The notes beneath the pieces are model-generated. The model saw only the letters and a program-made list of their open reading frames with translations, searched no databases and was not told where the DNA came from. DNA of 64,000 bases. Origin: Promethearchaeota archaeon (lineage in GTDB: Archaea > Asgardarchaeota > Lokiarchaeia > Sigyniarchaeales > SOKP01). Positions 30,573 to 41,145 of the stretch are shown here, one piece after another; within the stretch, counting starts at the first letter, position 1, and every line of letters starts with the position of its first letter. The stretch covers positions 32,001-96,000 of the forward strand of contig JAEOTA010000051.1 in NCBI GenBank assembly GCA_016840085.1, given 5' to 3'. A program made the position numbers and the translations under genes.

Positions 30573-30991
30573 CAGTAGTTTTTAAAACATTTGAATTAAG
30601 ATCTAAAGCTTATTGTGATTTAATTAATATAACTGATCACGTTCAAAACTCTCTATATGATAGTGGTCTTAATAATGGAATTGTAAATGTTCATGTTGCA
30701 GGGTCAACAGGAGCAATATCCACTATAGAGTATGAACCTGGATTAGTTCAGCATGATATCAAAGAACTTTTAGAAAAATTAATTCCTTATGATAAGAATT
30801 ATGCGCACCATAAGACTTGGCATGATTACAATGGAGCTGGTCATTTGAGAAGTTTTCTTATTAAGACTTCACAGACATTTCCATTTAAAGATCAGAAATT
30901 AATACATGGAACCTGGCAGCAGATAGTTTTCATCGAATGTGACGAGAAAGGGAGACATAGGACCATTTATTGTACTATTATCGGAGACTAG
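30569..30991 (+). CDS. YjbQ/UPF0047-family protein
   Basis: INITD, GSTG, EYEPGL, NGAGHLRS, GTWQQI and E.D motifs. Confidence 0.92.
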   Translation: MTVVFKTFELRSKAYCDLINITDHVQNSLYDSGLNNGIVNVHVAGSTGAISTIEYEPGLVQHDIKELLEKLIPYDKNYAHHKTWHDYNGAGHLRSFLIKTSQTFPFKDQKLIHGTWQQIVFIECDEKGRHRTIYCTIIGD

Positions 30992-31043
30992 GAATCGGAG
31001 ATTAGGTAAATAATAAATAAATTAAAAAAAATACAATTAATTA

Positions 31044-31349
31044 TTATTTTTTCTTAGATTCTTTAATTAGATCTTCCAATTCTGTAATTATAACGTGATA
31101 TTTATCTCGAAGCCGAATTTTATCAAACTTTTCTTTAAGATTTATAACTGATTCATCAAGATGTTTCAACTGTTCAGCGAACACAGGAATTCTCTTAAAG
31201 TTCTTATAAGATCTTTCTTTTAACCCAATCTGATACTCTAAATTTTCTAAAAACTTATTCTTAATTTCAATCAATAACATCAACCTTTTTTTAAAAATTA
31301 TATCATTGAGTAAAATCACAGTAATCGCTTTAAAAAATATAAATGTCAT
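31044..31349 (-). CDS. Small hypothetical helical protein (true start probably 31274-31280)
   Basis: ORF; AGGTTGA precedes the internal TTG. Confidence 0.5.
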   Translation of the reverse strand: MTFIFFKAITVILLNDIIFKKRLMLLIEIKNKFLENLEYQIGLKERSYKNFKRIPVFAEQLKHLDESVINLKEKFDKIRLRDKYHVIITELEDLIKESKKK

Positions 31350-31583
31350 ATAAATGTCATTAAAATAGCTTCAAAATTAGCGTTTTTAAAGTAGATTCTT
31401 GTAAAAATACGAAATTAAAGATATACGAATAATATTAAGAAAATATCTCAATATTATAACACACAATATATCAAATTACAATATTGTCCTTTCGAAACAA
31501 TCAAATAATGGATTCAAAGGGATTTAAAAGTATTTGAATCTATTATTTTATTAAATTGAAAAATTAGCTCTTAAGAATATGAG

Positions 31584-32510
31584 TTGATATTAATGGAAAG
31601 TTTCTTAAAAGTAATCATTAGTGGCCTTGATAACGCTGGTAAAACTTCAATTTTAACTGCTTTAGATAAAAAATATGATTTTGAAAAAGATATTGTAAAA
31701 TTAAAGCCTACTATTAGAGTGGAGTATCATAAGATGAATTTCCTTACTTCATTTGTCAATTTCTGGGATATGGGTGGACAAGATCAATATCGAGAGATCT
31801 ATATGAAGTATCAAGATGTTTATTTCGACGCAACTGATTTGCTTATTTATGTTATTGATATTCAAGACCCAGACAGGTTTGAGAATTCTCTTGAGTATTT
31901 AGACGCGATTTTAACTTTCTTTTCAGATAGCAATATGGATGTTCCGATAATCGTGACCTTGCATAAATATGACCCCAATTTAAAGGGAAATGAAGAGATC
32001 CTCACAAATATTGAAGTATTAAGAGAAATAATATTAGAAAAATATCCCGATTTTAAGATTCTCTTTCAGCAAAGTTCTATTTATGATATTATTTCTATTG
32101 TTCAATTAGTCTCATATGGTCTTTCTGTCTTTGATGAAAAATTTTTTGAGCTTTCTGAACTATTGGAAAGTTATTTAAGTGAATTTAAAAGCAAAGCTTT
32201 AATAGTTTTTGATCGTAATGGTATTATTGTCTCTGAATATTATAGTGATATTGAACCGGAAATTTACGTTGAATTGTTAGAATCTATTAAAGAGCATCTA
32301 TTTTTACTTAAAAGAATGGAGGAAGAATCTTATGAATATAATCATGATATTTCTTCTACTGAAGAAAAACTATTTTCGTATTTGCATAAGTTAAAAATAA
32401 AAACAGAATCTTTTTTTATATCAGTGGTCACTAAAAATAAAGAGGATTTATTAGATAAGTTTCCAGATTTTCTCGAGGATTTGACAAAAATTTTAGATGA
32501 GATAATATAA
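31584..32510 (+). CDS. Arf/Rag-like small GTPase with C-terminal roadblock/longin-like domain
   Basis: GLDNAGKT, PT, WDMGGQ, HKYD and SSIYD motifs; C-terminal ALIVFDRNGIIVSE. Confidence 0.88.
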   Translation: MILMESFLKVIISGLDNAGKTSILTALDKKYDFEKDIVKLKPTIRVEYHKMNFLTSFVNFWDMGGQDQYREIYMKYQDVYFDATDLLIYVIDIQDPDRFENSLEYLDAILTFFSDSNMDVPIIVTLHKYDPNLKGNEEILTNIEVLREIILEKYPDFKILFQQSSIYDIISIVQLVSYGLSVFDEKFFELSELLESYLSEFKSKALIVFDRNGIIVSEYYSDIEPEIYVELLESIKEHLFLLKRMEEESYEYNHDISSTEEKLFSYLHKLKIKTESFFISVVTKNKEDLLDKFPDFLEDLTKILDEII

Positions 32511-32518
32511 AATGATAA

Positions 32519-33631
32519 TTAATCAATAACTAACAGCTTTTTCGCTTTATCTATTAATTTTTCTTTTTTCCTTTGATGTTCCTTTATAAATTTTAACACT
32601 TTTTCAACGCATTCACGTTTATGATCTCCACACATTAATTCACCTTTAATACACATTTCAAAGTCTTCTGCTAATTTTTCATCATTTTCCTCAAAGTGAT
32701 ACATGAGCATTTTATACACCATGCATTTTTGAGGTTCTCCACCTAATTCTCTCTGTTCTTTCAAGTTTCTTCTACCCCCTGTAAGTGCTCCTTTAACCTT
32801 CTTTTCAATTGATTCAAGAGGTTCATTGAATGTAAAATAACTATTTGGATTTCTTTTAGCCATTTTTTCTGAACCATCAATTCCCGCTAATAAATAATGA
32901 TAAGTAGCACCTGGTAAGAAAAATGTCTTATAATTTCTACGTGTTAAATCTCTGGTAAGGCGAATATGGGGATCTTGGTCAATTCCTACCGGCACAAGAG
33001 TTGGTTGAGGGCCTTCTACCACCTGTGGGAGCAAGATATCTCCTACTTGAATTAAAGATGAAATATAAAGTCCAAATGGTCGTTCACCATAAATAGCGTT
33101 TAACATATTCTGGGTTACTAGCCTACTAACCTTAAAACAGATATCTTTTACTTTTGGCTCTTTTGATTGTCTCCAAATATACGCTTTTTCTGGTGAAGGA
33201 TCCAAACCAAGAGCTAATATATCAGCTAGATTATCTACGGCGGTCTCTTCTGCTTCCTCCCATGGTATTCCGTTATCTTCCCAGCTTTCAATGTCTGCAA
33301 TTCCATAATATGCCTTACCTCCCATTTTTTGAAATTCAACGATTTCTAAAGCTGTAGTTGCCGTTCCTAAATGAAATGGCCCAGAAGGTTTAATTCCACT
33401 CATTACTGCCCATGGTTGATCTTTTTCTATAGCTTTAAAAACAAGCCCTAAATCCCGATGTCCAAAAATAATTTTCCTTCGAATAAAACGATTATTATCC
33501 ATCTTGAGTCGCAAAGATTCTGATATTTCATCGATACCGAACTCCTTTATCAACCTTAAATAATCTTCTTCAATAATCGCTGAAGAGCCCCAAGGATCAA
33601 TCTTAAAATTGTTAGTCAAACCTTTCCTCAT
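32519..33631 (-). CDS. trpS: Tryptophanyl-tRNA synthetase
   Basis: IDPWG, GIKPSGPFHLG, QVGDIL, PVGIDQDPH, KMAK, TGGR and CGDHK motifs. Confidence 0.95.
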   Translation of the reverse strand: MRKGLTNNFKIDPWGSSAIIEEDYLRLIKEFGIDEISESLRLKMDNNRFIRRKIIFGHRDLGLVFKAIEKDQPWAVMSGIKPSGPFHLGTATTALEIVEFQKMGGKAYYGIADIESWEDNGIPWEEAEETAVDNLADILALGLDPSPEKAYIWRQSKEPKVKDICFKVSRLVTQNMLNAIYGERPFGLYISSLIQVGDILLPQVVEGPQPTLVPVGIDQDPHIRLTRDLTRRNYKTFFLPGATYHYLLAGIDGSEKMAKRNPNSYFTFNEPLESIEKKVKGALTGGRRNLKEQRELGGEPQKCMVYKMLMYHFEENDEKLAEDFEMCIKGELMCGDHKRECVEKVLKFIKEHQRKKEKLIDKAKKLLVID

Positions 33632-33686
33632 CTATAATTAATTGTTATTAAAAAAAATATAAACAAAATAATAAATATTCATAAAT

Positions 33687-34106
33687 ATGAAAAAAATTTC
33701 TAAAGTACAAATTGAAGAATTCATAGATCAATTAGACTTCTCGAAATTTGGAGATTTAGGAGAATTATTACCTATTGTTGCACAAGACTATCAATCAAAT
33801 GAAGTTTTAATGCTAGCTTATATTAATAAAACAGCACTAAAAAAAACATTAGAAACAGGTTTTGCCCATTACTATTCAAGATCAAGACAGAAAGTATGGC
33901 AGAAAGGGGAAGAAAGTGGGCATGTCCAGGAAGTTAAAGGAATATTTGTAGATTGCGATAATGACTCACTTCTGATGAAAGTAAAACAAATTGGAAGTGC
34001 TTGTCATAAAGGATATTATTCGTGTTTTTACACCACATTTATGAACGGTGAATTAAAAATTATTTGCGAAAAAATATTCAATCCAAAAGAAGTATACAAA
34101 AATTAA
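33687..34106 (+). CDS. hisI: Phosphoribosyl-AMP cyclohydrolase
   Basis: YYSRSRQ, WQKGEESG, DCDND and ACHKGYYSCF motifs. Confidence 0.96.
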   Translation: MKKISKVQIEEFIDQLDFSKFGDLGELLPIVAQDYQSNEVLMLAYINKTALKKTLETGFAHYYSRSRQKVWQKGEESGHVQEVKGIFVDCDNDSLLMKVKQIGSACHKGYYSCFYTTFMNGELKIICEKIFNPKEVYKN

Positions 34107-34224
34107 ATTTAAACAATTTTCATTTAAAATTTCAAATTTCTAAAATTTTATATATTTCTTTATATAAAATATATTGATTTTGATTTGAATTAATAATTAT
34201 GATTTATATAAGGGTTGAATTTTA

Positions 34225-34683
34225 GTGAAGAAGGAGAAGGCACTCGATGAAATTGATAAAGACATACTCAGAATCTTACAAGAGGATGCAAGAACTTCAT
34301 ATAGAAAAATTCAAGAAGAACTAGGAATCTCAATAGGGACTATACATAACAGAATTTCAAAATTGAGAAACACAGGGATAATAGAAGGATTTACATTAAG
34401 AATTAATAACGAAAAATTAGGATATAAGTTAACGTTCCTCATTCGAATTAATTGCGATGGTAAACACACTGAGGAAATATTAAATGATATTAAAAATATA
34501 CCTGAAGTTTGTTCAATTTTCCATACCACGGGAGAACAGTCAGCAGCTTTAATATGTCGATTCAAAGAATCTGAGGATGTACATAATTTCATCAGGGAAC
34601 TGAATAAGAAGGAATATATAACCCGAACTAATTCCAACATGATTCTTAAAGAATATAAAAATAGTTCTTTCGTTGAAATTTGA
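34225..34683 (+). CDS. Lrp/AsnC-family regulator
   Basis: LDEIDKDILRILQEDAR, HTH and TTGE motifs. Confidence 0.92.
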   Translation: MKKEKALDEIDKDILRILQEDARTSYRKIQEELGISIGTIHNRISKLRNTGIIEGFTLRINNEKLGYKLTFLIRINCDGKHTEEILNDIKNIPEVCSIFHTTGEQSAALICRFKESEDVHNFIRELNKKEYITRTNSNMILKEYKNSSFVEI

Positions 34684-35041
34684 GATTTACTACTTCTGGA
34701 TTAAAAATTTATCTTGAACTTACTCAAGAGATATCAGATCATCTTTCCTCTTTAATAGATTTACTAGACTTTTGGGTAAAAAGAAATAATAATCCTTTAT
34801 TTCATTAATATAGTTTCTTATCGAATCCTCAAGACTAAATTGTCCATTAAGATAACTTTGAAATTTTTTTTCTGAGAGAAATTATAAGAATTTTTTTGGA
34901 ACTTAAATTACTAGTTGCTATTTCAGAAAACTTTTTTTAATTTTATGATTTAGAGATCTATAAATATCGTTTCAAAAAATAATCTTTCAAAAAAATAAAT
35001 GAATGAATTGATATCAAAAGTAAATAAAAGAGTGAAGAAAA

Positions 35042-36631
35042 ATGTCTGGAGTACCAATAATCATATTGAAAGAAGGTACAGAAGAAGTTCGTGAGAAAGA
35101 AGCCAGAAAACAGAATATTTCAGCTATGGTTGCCATTGCTGAGACCGTACGGTCGACTTTAGGGCCAAAAGGTATGTCAAAAATGCTGGTTGACTCCTTG
35201 GGGGATGTTACTATCACAAATGACGGAGCCGAGATACTTAAAAATTTAGACATTGAGAATATTGCTGCGAATATGATGGTCAATGTAGCAAAATCTATGG
35301 ATGATGATATAGGAGACGGAACAACATCTGTTGTATTATTTTCTGCTGCTCTCCTAGACAATGCTTTAGATTTAATCGAACAGGGTATTCATCCAAAACC
35401 CATTATACATGGATATAAATTAGCAGCTGATAAATCTCTTGAAATAATAAAGAATATAGCTGAAAAAATTTCAAAAGATAATGATGAAGTTTTAAAAAAT
35501 GCAGCGAAAACAGCAATGAATGCCAAAGAAATTGCGCCTCTAAAGGAATTTTTCGCAGATTTAGCATTAAAGGCAGTAAAACATATAGCTGATGATGAAG
35601 GAAATACATTTTCGAAAATTTCTAATGTTAAAATCGTGAAAGCTCCTGGTAAATCTCTAAAAGAGTCAGAACTAATTAATGGTGTATATATTCAAAAAGA
35701 AAAAGTTAATGCTATGATGCCTCAATTGATAAAGGATACTAAGATAGCTGTCATCCGTAGAAAACTAGATGTGAAAAAGACAGAATTTGATGCTCAAGTT
35801 CGAATTTCAAGCCCATCAGAAATTCAGAAATTTATAAATCAAGAGGAAAAAATACTATTGGATTACCTGAAAGTCTTTAAAGATTTAGGAGTTAATATGA
35901 TAGTGAATAGTAGTGATATTTCTGATAAATTTGGAGCCTTTTTAGCCCGAGAAGGAATCGCAGCTATTAAAAGTGTTGGTGAGTCCGATTATAAGTCAAT
36001 ACTTAAAGCTGTGGGGGCCAAACTCGTTGATGATTTAACAACCTTAAGTGAGGATGATTTAGGTTTTGCTAAGAAAGTAGTTTTCGAAAAAATTGGAGAT
36101 GATGACTATACGCTTTTTTCAGGCTGTAAAAATCCAAAATCAGTATCAATATTACTTAAGGGTGGCCTTGATAAAATTTTGAGTACTGCTGAGGTTGGTT
36201 TACACGATGTATTATCAGTAATAGCAAAAGTTATGGATACTAAAACAGTTGTAGCTGGTGGAGGTGCGATTTACCTCGAACTGGCAAAAAGAATCAGAGC
36301 CTATGCTAATGAAATTAGTGGAAAAGAGCAACTCGCAGTTTCAGCCTTTGCACTTGCTCTTGAAGAAATTCCTAAGAACTTAATAAAGAATGCGGGATTG
36401 GAGGAAATTGAAAAGCTTACTGAATTAAGAGCAGGTCATAAAACTGATAACGATAAATGGATTGGAATCGATACTATATCTAATACAATTGAAGATAATT
36501 TTCAAAAAGGAATTATTGAACCCGCAGAATTAATCAATCATCTTATTAAATCTGGAAGTGAGTTAGCTAATCTAATTCTAAGAATTGACAGAATTATTAG
36601 TTCAAAAGGTTCAAAACCAGGATTAGAATAA
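35042..36631 (+). CDS. Group II chaperonin (thermosome) subunit, divergent paralog
   Basis: STLGPKG, TNDG, GDGTTS, AGGGA and ILRID motifs; no GGM tail. Confidence 0.93.
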   Translation: MSGVPIIILKEGTEEVREKEARKQNISAMVAIAETVRSTLGPKGMSKMLVDSLGDVTITNDGAEILKNLDIENIAANMMVNVAKSMDDDIGDGTTSVVLFSAALLDNALDLIEQGIHPKPIIHGYKLAADKSLEIIKNIAEKISKDNDEVLKNAAKTAMNAKEIAPLKEFFADLALKAVKHIADDEGNTFSKISNVKIVKAPGKSLKESELINGVYIQKEKVNAMMPQLIKDTKIAVIRRKLDVKKTEFDAQVRISSPSEIQKFINQEEKILLDYLKVFKDLGVNMIVNSSDISDKFGAFLAREGIAAIKSVGESDYKSILKAVGAKLVDDLTTLSEDDLGFAKKVVFEKIGDDDYTLFSGCKNPKSVSILLKGGLDKILSTAEVGLHDVLSVIAKVMDTKTVVAGGGAIYLELAKRIRAYANEISGKEQLAVSAFALALEEIPKNLIKNAGLEEIEKLTELRAGHKTDNDKWIGIDTISNTIEDNFQKGIIEPAELINHLIKSGSELANLILRIDRIISSKGSKPGLE

Positions 36632-36636
36632 TATAA

Positions 36637-36657
36637 TTTTTTTTATTTTTTATTTTT
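36637..36657 (+). terminator. Oligo-T archaeal terminator-like tract
   Basis: Interrupted T runs immediately after the chaperonin stop codon. Confidence 0.45.
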
Positions 36658-36808
36658 ATAATCTATTAAAATGAAGAGATTCTCTACAATCTGTAAAAAA
36701 TGCTTTCTCTATAATTAGTTAACATTAAAAAATTTGAAAAATTTTCTTATTACACATTCATTTTTATTTTAAATTGATTTCACAGATAAAAATTCGAAAA
36801 TATATATT

Positions 36809-38683
36809 ATGGAAGTTATCGATCAAGAAAATCTAAAGAAATTATACGATCTAAGGAATGAAAATGTATTAAAGATCGTAAAGGAATTTGTTAGTATATG
36901 TAAACCCTCTAAAGTTACAGTTATAACAGATTTAAAAGAGGACATCGATTATTGCCGACTTAGAGCCATTGAAATCGGTGAGGAAATAGAATTAGCTACT
37001 GAAGGCCACACTACCCATTTTGATGGATTTTTCTCAATGTCTAACCATGATCAAGCAAGAGATAAGGAACATACGAAAGTCTTAGTACCAAGAGGACATT
37101 ATAGACCTCCCGCTATAAATACAATTGATAGAGAAAAAGGCCTTGAGGAGATTTTAGAAATTATGGAGGGATGTATGGAGGGTCATGAGTGCATAGTTCG
37201 GTTTTTTTGTTTAGGACCTAAAAACTCTAAATTTTCTATCCTAGCACTTCAACTCACAGATTCTTTTTATGTAGCTCATTCAGAAGACCTGCTTTACCGA
37301 TCTGGATACGAAGAGTTTAAAAAATTAGATGGATCTAATGACTTTTTCTATTTTATCCATTCTTCCGGGGAATTAATAGGAGACATACCAGTTACAAAAA
37401 ATCTTGACGATAGAAGAATTTACATTGATTTTGTAGAAAATCGTGTGTTATCTGTAAATAATCAATATGCTGGAAATAGTCTTGGATTAAAGAAATTGGC
37501 ATTAAGGCTAGCAATTTATAAATCTAATAATGAAGATTGGTTAACAGAACATTATTTTATCCTAGGAGTACACCCTAAAGAAAAGAATAGAGTCTCATAT
37601 TTCTGTGGAGCATTTCCAAGTGCATGTGGCAAAACAAGCACAGCCATGTTACCAGGTCAGACGATAGTTGGAGATGATATTGCTTATCTTAGGGTATGGG
37701 AAGATGGATATGCTCATGCAGTAAACATAGAAAGAGGAATTTTTGGTATCATCAAAGATGTGAACGCTAAGGATGATCCAGTAATATTTGAAGCATTAAC
37801 AACACCAAGAGAAACTATATTTAGTAACATTTTGATAGTGGAGGAATTACCTTATTGGATTGGTGATGGAAGACCAATCCCAGAAATAGGCATAAATTAT
37901 TCAGGAGAATGGTATAAAGGGAAGAAAGATAAGAATAATAAAGAAATTCCTCATGCACACCCTAATGCTCGTTATACTATTCGTATGGAAGAATTAGATA
38001 ATGTTGATCCAAATTTACACAATCCAAATGGAGTACCGATATTAGGGATATTTTATGGTGGGCGGGATAGTGATACAATGCCACCTATACTTGAAAGCTT
38101 AAGTTGGGAACATGGAGTTTTCTTGGGTGCTTCAATTGAATCTGAAACCACTTCTGCTACTCTTGGTGCTGAGGGGGTGAGAAATGCTAATCCAATGTCT
38201 AATTTAGATTTTCTCGTCATAAGTTTGGGAAAATACCTTAAAAATCATCTTAAATTTGGCACTAAATTAAAATTCTCTCCAAAAGTTTTTGCTACTAATT
38301 ATTTTCTTAAAAATAAAGATGGAAAATATTTGAATGGAATTTTAGATAAGTTATGTTGGGTAATTTGGTCAGAGGGTCGAACTCAAAATGATTTTGAGGC
38401 TATAAAAACACCTATTGGCTATATACCAAAATACTTAGACTTAAAGACTTTGTTTAAACAATATCTTGATAAAGATTATACAGAAAAAGATTATGTCGAA
38501 CAGTTTTCTATAAGAATAAATAATATTTTAGAAAAATTAGACCGAATTGAGGTTATTTATAAAAAAGAAAAAGATGTTCCGACATTTTTCTGGAATATTT
38601 TTAATAATCAGAGGATTAGTTTAAAAAATTTGAAGAAGGTGTATGGCATGGCAGAAATCTCACCAATACTATTAGAAAAATAG
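36809..38683 (+). CDS. pckG: GTP-dependent phosphoenolpyruvate carboxykinase
   Basis: YAGNSLGLKK, WLTEH, AFPSACGKT, VGDDIA, HPNARY and YGGR motifs. Confidence 0.96.
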   Translation: MEVIDQENLKKLYDLRNENVLKIVKEFVSICKPSKVTVITDLKEDIDYCRLRAIEIGEEIELATEGHTTHFDGFFSMSNHDQARDKEHTKVLVPRGHYRPPAINTIDREKGLEEILEIMEGCMEGHECIVRFFCLGPKNSKFSILALQLTDSFYVAHSEDLLYRSGYEEFKKLDGSNDFFYFIHSSGELIGDIPVTKNLDDRRIYIDFVENRVLSVNNQYAGNSLGLKKLALRLAIYKSNNEDWLTEHYFILGVHPKEKNRVSYFCGAFPSACGKTSTAMLPGQTIVGDDIAYLRVWEDGYAHAVNIERGIFGIIKDVNAKDDPVIFEALTTPRETIFSNILIVEELPYWIGDGRPIPEIGINYSGEWYKGKKDKNNKEIPHAHPNARYTIRMEELDNVDPNLHNPNGVPILGIFYGGRDSDTMPPILESLSWEHGVFLGASIESETTSATLGAEGVRNANPMSNLDFLVISLGKYLKNHLKFGTKLKFSPKVFATNYFLKNKDGKYLNGILDKLCWVIWSEGRTQNDFEAIKTPIGYIPKYLDLKTLFKQYLDKDYTEKDYVEQFSIRINNILEKLDRIEVIYKKEKDVPTFFWNIFNNQRISLKNLKKVYGMAEISPILLEK

Positions 38684-38702
38684 AATATCTTAAAAAATTT
38701 AA

Positions 38703-39383
38703 CTAAACCAAATATTTTAGCCCAGATTTTACCTTATATGTTTTACTAACTCTATCAAGCTCAATAAACCGTTTTATCTCAAGGTTATTTAAGAAATTAC
38801 GAATTTCAACCTTATCTTTATTCAACTCTTCTCCTAATCCTTTAACATCATTTTCATAAGTACGAAGAATTTGAAGTAATGAGGAATATTCTTCATATAT
38901 TACATTTACTAAATGTGTGATTGATTCTTTAATATTTAAGCCTGTTTCTGTGCTTGTTGGAAACATTTTGGTGTCTTCTGGCAAATAATTCTGTGTCCGT
39001 ATTACTTCTGGAGGACGAGCACCCTCAATATCTTGTTTATTAGCTAAAAAAACTATTGGGATCCCTGAGGGCAATAACTTCCGGATTGAATTCAAAATCA
39101 TAATTGCGCTATCGTCTTTTTCAGGATGAATTGCATCAAAAATAAAAATTATCCCATCGCTCCCACTTGTTACAATATTTCGCATAACAGAAAATCTTAA
39201 AAGACCCGGAGTTCCAAATAAAAATACATCAAAACCATTTAGCTTAATACTACCTAAATCCATCGCAACTGTATAATACTTTTCATCTTTACCTTTTGCT
39301 TCTACATTTAACGCATTCGAATCCAAGTGTTTAATATAACTCGATTTACCACACTGTAATGGTCCGGAAACGACGATTTTTAT
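38703..39383 (-). CDS. MglA/Arf-like small GTPase with C-terminal winged helix; start extended to a probable ATA
   Basis: The frame upstream of the 39326 call encodes IKIVVSGPLQCGKSS (P-loop). TVAMD, FGTPG and NKQD follow. Confidence 0.85.
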   Translation of the reverse strand: MKIVVSGPLQCGKSSYIKHLDSNALNVEAKGKDEKYYTVAMDLGSIKLNGFDVFLFGTPGLLRFSVMRNIVTSGSDGIIFIFDAIHPEKDDSAIMILNSIRKLLPSGIPIVFLANKQDIEGARPPEVIRTQNYLPEDTKMFPTSTETGLNIKESITHLVNVIYEEYSSLLQILRTYENDVKGLGEELNKDKVEIRNFLNNLEIKRFIELDRVSKTYKVKSGLKYLV

Positions 39384-39645
39384 TGTGAGTCACCAAAATT
39401 TTAATAACTACTTAGATTTTACTTATTTTATTTATATACTAAAATAATACCTTGGTATTAATTATAATTTTTTTATTATCTTTTTAATAGTTATCATGTG
39501 GTTTAAGTATTAAAATCTTTAATTCATTTTCAATTTTTTGTAGGATTATAATTTAAAAATTTAAAAAAAAATTAGATTGGGTAGACTAATCCTTTAGAAT
39601 AAGATATTGAGTATTTTATTGTAAATTTAATTGTATTTAAAATAT

Positions 39646-40776
39646 TTACTTTAGCCCGAATCCTTCTGCTCTTTTTGATTTTCTTTTACTAAAGCTAATT
39701 ATCTGAGCTAACATTTTTGATTTCTCTACAGAACTATTTAACTCATGTGGTTCTACAATATATCCTTTATTTAAAGCAAGATTATAGATTTCTTGTCCCA
39801 TTTTTGTACGAATCATGACAGTTGTATGATCTTTCTGCGAACCCAGCCCCCCAAAAGAAATATCTGCAAAATAATTTGAGAAATTTTCACAAACTCTACA
39901 TGCATGTCTCATAATATCTTGAAGTTCAGAGAATTCTATGGTTATAGGCACATCCTTATCTCTAAGATTAATTATCAGATTATCCTTTATATTTAACTTT
40001 TCAATATCATTAAAAGCAAATTTGAACCTTTCTTCAATTCTCGCCCTTGCAACATCATCAAATTTAAAATTTTCATAGCAAAATAAACCTAAAGTATATT
40101 CAACAATATGAGCAGGGATAATATTGAGTTCTTGCATTTTTCTAATCGAGTGAATCTGACAAGGAACTCCAACTACGGCAATTTTCATATAATCAGAAAA
40201 TACGATTTTTTTCAATTCGGAAATAGTTGATACAAATGTATTATATTTTCCTAATTCGGGAATTGGTCCTTTTGATTGATAATAAGTACCAGCAGCTTCA
40301 AGAATTTCCTCCTTGTTTTTCGCAAAAAAAGGAATTCTCTGAAATGAATTAATTCTTTTTGAAATAAGAGCACCATTAATCAAATTATTATCTAAAAGAG
40401 CAATTAAGATAGCTGTAACCACTCCTCCGTCTGTAGCTACTTCCCTTATTTTTGAACTTTTTGCTTGGGCTGAAACTATTTTAGACCAGTGCCCGATTGG
40501 GGGTTTGAAATTATATTTTTTGTTTAATTCACTATTTAATTCGAAAGTTTCAGGGCATATCAGATAACAAATCCCACAATGTAAGCAATTTTCTTCATTT
40601 GAATAATGTGGGGGACCATCCTCAGTCATTTCAATTGCACCAATATCTGCTGCTGAACAAAAACTAACACATCCTCCACATTCTCCACATATATCCCTTT
40701 CATGAACTTCCTTGATGAGATCCTCGAAGGATTTAGGTAACTCTTCATTTACATTTAATAGATGATTATCAGTCAT
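39646..40776 (-). CDS. FrhB/FdhB-family F420-interacting subunit with N-terminal ferredoxin domain
   Basis: CGECGGCVSFC, CLHCGICYLICP, TDGGVVT, VGVPCQ, GLFCYENF, ACRVC and ADISFG motifs. Confidence 0.92.
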   Translation of the reverse strand: MTDNHLLNVNEELPKSFEDLIKEVHERDICGECGGCVSFCSAADIGAIEMTEDGPPHYSNEENCLHCGICYLICPETFELNSELNKKYNFKPPIGHWSKIVSAQAKSSKIREVATDGGVVTAILIALLDNNLINGALISKRINSFQRIPFFAKNKEEILEAAGTYYQSKGPIPELGKYNTFVSTISELKKIVFSDYMKIAVVGVPCQIHSIRKMQELNIIPAHIVEYTLGLFCYENFKFDDVARARIEERFKFAFNDIEKLNIKDNLIINLRDKDVPITIEFSELQDIMRHACRVCENFSNYFADISFGGLGSQKDHTTVMIRTKMGQEIYNLALNKGYIVEPHELNSSVEKSKMLAQIISFSKRKSKRAEGFGLK

Positions 40777-41145
40777 AATTTTCCTTTCTGTTTTCTTTCC
40801 TTTAGTTAACTAATAATTTTCAAACATTTTTTAATGTTATAATTTTTATGAAAAAAACTATATTGAAATGATATAAATCGTTTATTTTTTTTCAGTTTAG
40901 TATAGAATTTTGAACTTTTTTTCCCAATTTAATATTAGATTTTTATTATACCATTTTTACAATAATATCTCTTAATCTGCAGATTTCCTAATATTTCGAA
41001 TTTATATTCATTATTGATAATTTAAAAAGTCATAATATTTCTAAATCAATACTTTTTTCTTACTCATTTATCATTTTAATAAAAAAAAGTGTCGCAAATT
41101 TTTAAAAAAGTTACTAAAATCTGAAACAGTAAAAAATCTTTAAAT

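Noticed and set aside
34700-34900. About 50-codon minus-strand open frame between the Lrp and chaperonin genes
   Set aside because: It has no start codon and no recognisable motif, so it cannot be supported.
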